From contig MU005985.1 of the NCBI GenBank assembly GCA_010093745.1, positions 186,001-209,551 on the forward strand: a DNA stretch of 23,551 bases. The letters run 5' to 3'. The DNA comes from Piedraia hortae CBS 480.64 (lineage: Eukaryota). The translations under genes and the position numbers were made by a program. Positions within the stretch are counted from its first letter, which is position 1. Each line of letters opens with the position of its first letter. This document shows, piece by piece, positions 17,835 to 23,551 of the stretch. Under the pieces are notes generated by a model. That model was not told the origin of the DNA. It saw only the letters and a list, made by a program, of their open reading frames with translations, and did not search any database.

Positions 17835-20255
17835 TCACAACTCATCTTCTTCGTCTTCATTCAGCAAAGCTGTCGCCCACTTCCTCAGGGCGCTGCTCAA
17901 GAGCCCAGATTGACGTACAGGACGCGCTGAACGTCGCGGTGCTTTCTGAAGCACTGGCACGCTGAGTTCATCTTGGTCATCTACCGATTCGGCAGATATA
18001 GTGGCGGGATGGTTTTGAGTTAACGATGGTCGATGTTGGTACGAGTTGCTGGAACTTCGGCGCTCAGGATTGAATGCGATGGTTGTTGGAGCGGAGGCCG
18101 CTTCAGTGCTTTGCTGATGAGCAATTGGCAAGTGTTCGGCGGGGCCAATTGGATTATTGCATGACTGTTTGGTGCGCTTGTGCGCCCTCTCATCTGAGCT
18201 GTCGGATCTCGGGCGCTTGCCCTTGGCTGTGGAGGCTGTACCAGTCTTCTGGACGAGCCCTTGGTGTTCGGAGGCCAACGCAGTTGGGAGCCTGCCATCA
18301 TCTACACTGACGGAGCTCGATCGCTTCTCACTTACTGCAGCATGGGTGGTGACAGAGCCAGACGTCTGGGCAGGATCTTGCTCGTTGGGATTCGCCGCAA
18401 ACGACAGGTCAATGGCAGAGTCATCTAGGGTGTCGGCTTTAGCATCCGGCGTGGGGACGTCCACTGCACAGAATGGAGCTGGTGAAGCATGCTTGGAGTT
18501 GAAAGAAAGTTCCACACCAGAATCGTCCAAGTTGTTTATATTCCCGGCTTTGGTCGGCGTCGCCTTAACCCATTCGTCCAGGCTCGCTTCCCAGCGATAC
18601 TGTTGGCTTGTCAAGTCCGCCCGACAAAGGATCTCCTCCTCAATTTCCTCGGCAAATGCGATCGAGGCCTTGGTGGCTTGCACTTCGGCAAATGCCGTAG
18701 CTCCGTTGAACGCAAGTGTGGTAAGCATTTTTGCAACGGAAGAGCTATGACTGTGCGTGATCGCTAACAGCTCTCGAACTGCTTCGAACAAGAACGTCTC
18801 TTTGGATCCGGGTCCCATGTTTGCGGTATGTTCAGTAGCGTCGGCGAGGAAACTGGACAGAGGTGTCACAGAACGCTGATCATTACTGGACAGCCAGGCC
18901 TCTGATAGCTGGGCCAGAGTTGCAATTTCTTGTGCTTCCTCGTCTGACGGCGATTTCATGGCTTGTATGATGGCACTGGCCTCTATAAAGCCCATTGCCC
19001 AAGGACGCAGCTCACGGGCGGGTGAAGCTTCACACAGCGCCTTGGCCAGCTTGTGGGTTACGGCGGCTGACAATCTGAGAGATTCGGCGCTAGATGCTTG
19101 TGATGGTTTCAGCACACTGGTCGAAAGCATCAGCAGTATGCTGTGCAGCTTTTGTGCGAAAACGTCTGGCAGCTTTGCATGAGTCAATTGGATGCAGATC
19201 TGAAGGACTTCAACCGCATGTTCGTGGTTTTCTTTGGAAAGCAGTGAACAGAGAACCGTCAACCACAAATTCTTTTTTGAGCTCACCTCATGAGTCAGTA
19301 CTCTGCCTTGCCTGAGAAGGGATTTCATAGAGCAGAGAATGTGACCTGGAGCGTTGTGCTTCGCCCGGAACGCCGCCAGGTAATCGGCGGGCGAGATTCC
19401 CAAAATATCAGCTTGATCAATGCAGGTGTGCAGGAGCTGTTTCGCCTCGACGAGAGTCATGTAATGCATGCAGGAGTCAATCAGCTTAAGGGTGGTGGGA
19501 CCGGTCACCAGGCCGTCGCGAATGGCTCGGTTAACAAGTGATAATCCATGGACTCTGACCAAATCCCGTAGCGCCGGCCATCCACCTCCCTCTACCGTTT
19601 CCATGCTGCTTTCCAGGTACTCATACAACTCTGTCACCGGATCGCCGAGCTCATTTACCTCATCTTTTTCTTCTTCCGCATGCTCTTCTTCAAGCCTCTC
19701 TATGTAACGAGGCATTTGCCGGAAACACATTGACATCAAGGTCGGGGCCCCAATGGGTTTCAAGGTGATAGGACTTCGCGTAACATGGAGGACGCTATTG
19801 AGAGCGTTCATCAGAGCGCGATATGTCTCCTCAGCTGGCGAACATGCCATGCCTGACGCCAGACGGCGGGCTGATTTCTCATCAAGGGAGCCATCAGGCT
19901 GGAAAGAATCCCCCAAGAGTATGTCTGGAGTAGTTGACCGTTTCGATAAGTCCTTCCGCTTCCGGCCGCCGTATTTTCGCGTGGGTTTGGCACCTTTTCC
20001 TCCCGGCATCCATTCCGGATCACCTGGCAGCGACAATTGCGTTATTTTGGGCTGGTCGGACAGTTGCTGTGATGATGCACCAACCGGCTGCGATGACGCC
20101 TGGCTATCCGTATGAGCATGCAAGCGATTGTTAGCCGCTAGCTTGCGCAAGATACTGAGGCGCGATTCAATCGATCGAAGCAGACGCTGGCAGCGCGATG
20201 AGACCCATGGAATGTTCTCTTCTTCGTCCGGTGCTTGCCTTTTCGTCCGCACCAT
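17835..20255 (-). CDS. Hypothetical protein, 806 aa, probably a conserved filamentous-ascomycete family; function unknown
   Basis: Long uninterrupted ATG-initiated ORF with a helical core. Motifs WVSSRCQRLLRSIESRL, PTLMSMCFRQMPRYI, GWPALRDLVRVHG and YRWEASLDEWVKATP look family-like; disordered tail with two DEL motifs. Confidence 0.85.
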   Translation of the reverse strand: MVRTKRQAPDEEENIPWVSSRCQRLLRSIESRLSILRKLAANNRLHAHTDSQASSQPVGASSQQLSDQPKITQLSLPGDPEWMPGGKGAKPTRKYGGRKRKDLSKRSTTPDILLGDSFQPDGSLDEKSARRLASGMACSPAEETYRALMNALNSVLHVTRSPITLKPIGAPTLMSMCFRQMPRYIERLEEEHAEEEKDEVNELGDPVTELYEYLESSMETVEGGGWPALRDLVRVHGLSLVNRAIRDGLVTGPTTLKLIDSCMHYMTLVEAKQLLHTCIDQADILGISPADYLAAFRAKHNAPGHILCSMKSLLRQGRVLTHEVSSKKNLWLTVLCSLLSKENHEHAVEVLQICIQLTHAKLPDVFAQKLHSILLMLSTSVLKPSQASSAESLRLSAAVTHKLAKALCEASPARELRPWAMGFIEASAIIQAMKSPSDEEAQEIATLAQLSEAWLSSNDQRSVTPLSSFLADATEHTANMGPGSKETFLFEAVRELLAITHSHSSSVAKMLTTLAFNGATAFAEVQATKASIAFAEEIEEEILCRADLTSQQYRWEASLDEWVKATPTKAGNINNLDDSGVELSFNSKHASPAPFCAVDVPTPDAKADTLDDSAIDLSFAANPNEQDPAQTSGSVTTHAAVSEKRSSSVSVDDGRLPTALASEHQGLVQKTGTASTAKGKRPRSDSSDERAHKRTKQSCNNPIGPAEHLPIAHQQSTEAASAPTTIAFNPERRSSSNSYQHRPSLTQNHPATISAESVDDQDELSVPVLQKAPRRSARPVRQSGLLSSALRKWATALLNEDEEDEL

Positions 20256-20944
20256 GCTGGCTCAACTAGCGAATAGAAATGTCACCTGCGTGCGGCTCTG
20301 CCAATGCGACAAAGTTTAGAGTTCGCGCTCGCGTACCTGCATCGGGTGTTGACATGGCAACCGCGTGTGGGGTAAGAGTTGGCCTCGGAACTGTTTCCGC
20401 CCCACTCAACTTCACACTCCGTACAAGTGAAAATCCTTACATACACGAGGACATTCCGCCGTCAGCAACTATACGTAGTGTGCCTTGAGTCATTGTTTAC
20501 GTAACACGTTCAGGCACTGAAAAGATGACAACATAACCTCAGCGCCCGAATGATGTTCCGATGGGTTCTTCGATGCCGGATAGGTCCACAGGACGAAGGC
20601 CTGCTTTGTTGGCTTGAAGAGTCTCTTGCTCTAAAACGGCACAAGAAAATCTCTTGAATTGCATCACAGAATGCGCCAATTGCAACTCCGCACAGATATC
20701 ACGAGATGGATCCAAGGACCTCGACGTGCTTGACACAATGTCCTACCCACCGAGTAATAAGAGATTCCTTCCGTGTAATTGCCAAGGGAATCAACCTTGG
20801 ATCAGAGTGCACTTTGTCGCGGGGAGTTTATGAAGATTTGCATCCAGCAATTGTGTTCTCGCCGTGCTACGCCTCGCAGAAAATACCTACAGCGTCCGAT
20901 CGATGATGCGAGCCAGCGATCATTTTAATGGCATTGGCGTTCCA

Positions 20945-22232
20945 GTTAAGCAACTGTACAACGAACGTCGTGTCCGTGTATTCACGTGAATCCTGTCCAT
21001 GGCATTGATATTCTGCTTCACTGCCGACATCTGGACTGCCAAGGGAGGAGCTCCTTACATTGTCCTGACTTGCCATTTTATGGACGAATATTGGAAGCTT
21101 AACTTCATCGTTATTGCATTCTGCGAATTCGTAGAGCGGCATACCGGTGGCGAGCTCTACAAGATGATGTCCAGCCTCTTCGCAGACTCGCCTCCGTCGA
21201 AAGGTTTCCTGTCATATCTTGGCAGTATGGTCCGGTCCCGCTTAGCACACTGTATTTGCACAAGGTCCTGTATATAACTCTTGACAACCTGAGCAATAAC
21301 AAGACTTTCATCATAACTGGTGTTACAAATGGCATGCTGGAAGACCGACATTGTTGGGTTTGTTGTTTCGCGCATGTCTTCAACTTGGCAACCGATGCGG
21401 CGCTCGGTGTCACGAAAGGGATCCTGGGGACGCTGAAGAAGGTGCTAAAGCACATCCGCGACAGCAACATTGAATGACAGGCTTTTCAACAAGCTTGTAG
21501 GGCTGGGAACCTCCCGACAAGAAGACCAGTCATCAACGTGGAGACGCGATGGAGCACTGCGTTTGACATGGCCCGCACGGCAGAGAAGCAAAGGCTTGCA
21601 ATTGACGCTTGCCTGCAGAGGTTGAGGGTCGAGAAGCTCCGTGAATTCGGTCATCTGATCCTAACGGACGCAGACTGGCAACTCATCGTCAAGGTGAAGA
21701 TGCTCCTGGGACCGATGAAAGAAGCTTTTGTTGAGTCGCAAGGCGAGCGCTACGGCACGCTTTGCTTTGTTCTTCAGCGCTTCAAAAGCCTCGTGGAGTA
21801 TTTCAGGATGTGGATGGCACAGGAGCCAGAGGGTAGCGCCATACACAATGTGGCGAAAGCTGCCAGTGAAAAGCTCTGTCGGTTTTACAACATGGCGTCA
21901 CCCCTGTGCACTGCGGCAGTGGCTTTGCATCCAGGGTATAAACTAGACTTTTTTGAAAAGGAAAAAATAGAAGACGCCAGGAAGCAGTTGAAGAAGGCAT
22001 TCAAGGCTTTCCGGGGGGACTGTGGGTTGGACCAGCCCCTGAGGGCTCACCTCATATCGCCATCGAAGCATCTCGCCAAAAGAGCGAGGCAACTGGAGGT
22101 GAGCGTGCTGGATGAAGAGGTCAATTAATACTTGGCGACGCCTCTAGTCAGCAAGAAGATCGGTTTGTTGGAGTGGTGGAAGGAGAAGGAGCATATGTGG
22201 CTGGCTCCGGCTCGATTTGCAAGGTACTTATC
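20945..22232 (+). mobile_element. Degenerate hAT-superfamily DNA transposase (pseudogene)
   Basis: FTADIWT (first Asp), YIVLTCHF, HTG, ITLDNLSNN (second Asp), CFAHVFNLA (CxxH), ETRWST, DWQLI..LLGPMK, AVALHPGYK, EEVN*YL..LEWWK (start of the hATC dimerisation domain). Frameshift/insertion at ~21190-21255; stops at 21475 and 22126; terminal catalytic-Glu (SERxFS) segment absent. Confidence 0.93.
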
Positions 22233-22370
22233 TAACTATTCATATTGAATTTGTGCGTGTCTGATAAGAAATGAGGCTGCAACCCATGTGCAAAATTTAC
22301 GGTTTCCAGCGTGGTATTCAACACCGTGGCTAGTACCCTACGTTCGTCTGCCGCAGCGGCCGAGAACCGC

Positions 22371-23151
22371 ATGACTACCAGCCAGTCGATCCGCCGTGTC
22401 CGAGGGGCAATTTTCAAAAGTACCACCCTCTTTGAGGATCATTTTCAAGTATGTCACCACCTTTAACCACAGGGACAGATAAACATATTCTTAGCTGCCA
22501 GCAGTTGTTTGCGAGGTGGTCAACCGCGATTCGAGTGCCCGCCCGAAACTTCTAGAAAAGCAAGTCCAAGAGCAACGCGAGATCGCCATCATTCACGACA
22601 AAAGCCCGTCCAGGCCGATAAAAAAATCTATTCACGGTACGTAACCTCACCAGAACCAAATGACCACACACTGACCAGTTAATAAAGGCCAAGCTTGTCG
22701 CCCGGGGAAGCTTCCATCCCAGGACGCCATTAGTGAAATTACTCAGATCAAGTCTGAGATCAGAAAAGACCTGAGGAAGCGGCTAAGGGGCGTCTCGCCG
22801 CCATTTGATGTTGTCAAGGCCCCCCCATCTGCGGTGGGGTGGAGAAAGCCACCGCCGCGGCTACATGGGTAAGACCATCCTTTCCACAACTACTACCTTC
22901 CTGACGGTCTCCAGCGCTGGAAGGATGGAAAATTCCAACATTGAACACGCTGGTTTCCTACAAGAGTGGGACAATCGGTTCCATCGTTTCTCCCACCTCG
23001 CGGTAAATCTCACCAAAGCATCCAAGTAGACAGAACTGATGTTCCTTAGGATTATATTGCTGCAAGACGATCTGCCATTATGGCTGGTCAAGGAAGCGCG
23101 ATTGGGGCATTGGGCTTCTGTATTGCCACCAGATTCGTCTGTCTTCAGTAA
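22371..23151 (+). CDS. Predicted five-exon gene or recent pseudogene, unknown product (196 aa as spliced); exons 22371-22448, 22495-22636, 22688-22868, 22915-23002, 23050-23151
   Basis: Four 46-51-nt introns: GTATGT..TTAG, GTACGT..CTGAC..AAAG, GTAAGA..CTGAC..CCAG, GTAAAT..CTGAT..TTAG. Splicing gives 591 nt in a single open frame from ATG to TAA. Confidence 0.6.
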
Positions 23152-23157
23152 AATCTT

Positions 23158-23551
23158 TGTTAGATACAAGCATCGCGTATGCGGGGCACTTGCATAGCAA
23201 GTCAGCGATACTGTAACGGAACCATATCACAGCCACGTGACCCGACACCTCATTTCCAATCCATAGCGTAGTTAGTATTATATTTGTGAGCAGATGTGTA
23301 CCTGCATACAAATCTCTACGGAAAACTAGTTGACGCGTGAAGTCGAGAGCCGAGCGACGGTTACTAATAATTATTATAATTGTGAGCAGATGTGTACCTG
23401 CATACAAATCTCTACGGAAAACTAGTTGACGCGTGAAGTCGAGAGCCGAGCGACGGTTACTAATAATGCGCGTAATATACCGCATATTCACAACACTCCC
23501 CCTTGCTGATTCGATTCAGCACTCCACGGTGCGCGGTTTCGATCAAAAGAT
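23158..23551 (-). mobile_element. 3' end of a second copia-like LTR retrotransposon: PPT (23496-23504) and 338-bp LTR (23158-23495); the rest lies beyond the window
   Basis: Minus strand reads AAGGGGGAG|TGTTGTG...ATCTAACA. It has the same GGGGGAG|TGTT junction as the copia at 11451-11461, but the LTR sequence differs. Confidence 0.8.
23276..23467. repeat. 96-bp tandem duplication inside the LTR
   Basis: 23276-23371 and 23372-23467 differ at one position (23283 T vs 23379 A). Confidence 0.97.

Noticed and set aside
23276..23467. CRISPR-like array
   Set aside because: Eukaryotic context; two long abutting copies with no unique spacers.
23078..23491. 137-aa minus-strand ORF with an internal repeat
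   Set aside because: By-product of the 96-bp (multiple of 3) duplication within the LTR.

Overview
Eukaryotic, filamentous-ascomycete-like DNA with compact genes and very short (42-51 nt) GT-AG introns; the taxon is an inference. 1-8154 is a dense housekeeping block: the 3' end of a HAD-family hydrolase, TRAPP subunit TRS23 (ATG split by an intron), TFIIE-beta TFA2, and a ~1976-aa Mlp1/TPR nuclear-basket nucleoporin. The Mlp1 tail carries a Tho1/SARNP-like KKRxERFG motif, a PAM2-like motif, RGG repeats and a basic NLS. About 8.2-17.8 kb is a degenerate accessory island. It holds a Ty1/copia RT-RNaseH remnant with PPT and LTR start, a CACTA/Plavaka-like transposase fragment, candidate solo LTRs and LINE traces, and two paralogous F-box/LRR-like pseudogenes whose stops include reciprocal Gln(CAA/CAG)->TAA changes (RIP-like). 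An intact 806-aa hypothetical gene follows on the minus strand. After it come a hAT transposase pseudogene, a five-exon spliced ORF absent from the ORF track, and the 3' LTR (with a 96-bp internal tandem duplication) of a second copia-like element running off the window. No complete novel system can be proven from sequence alone. The strongest leads are the Mlp1 tail motifs, the hidden spliced gene and the decayed F-box/LRR pair.
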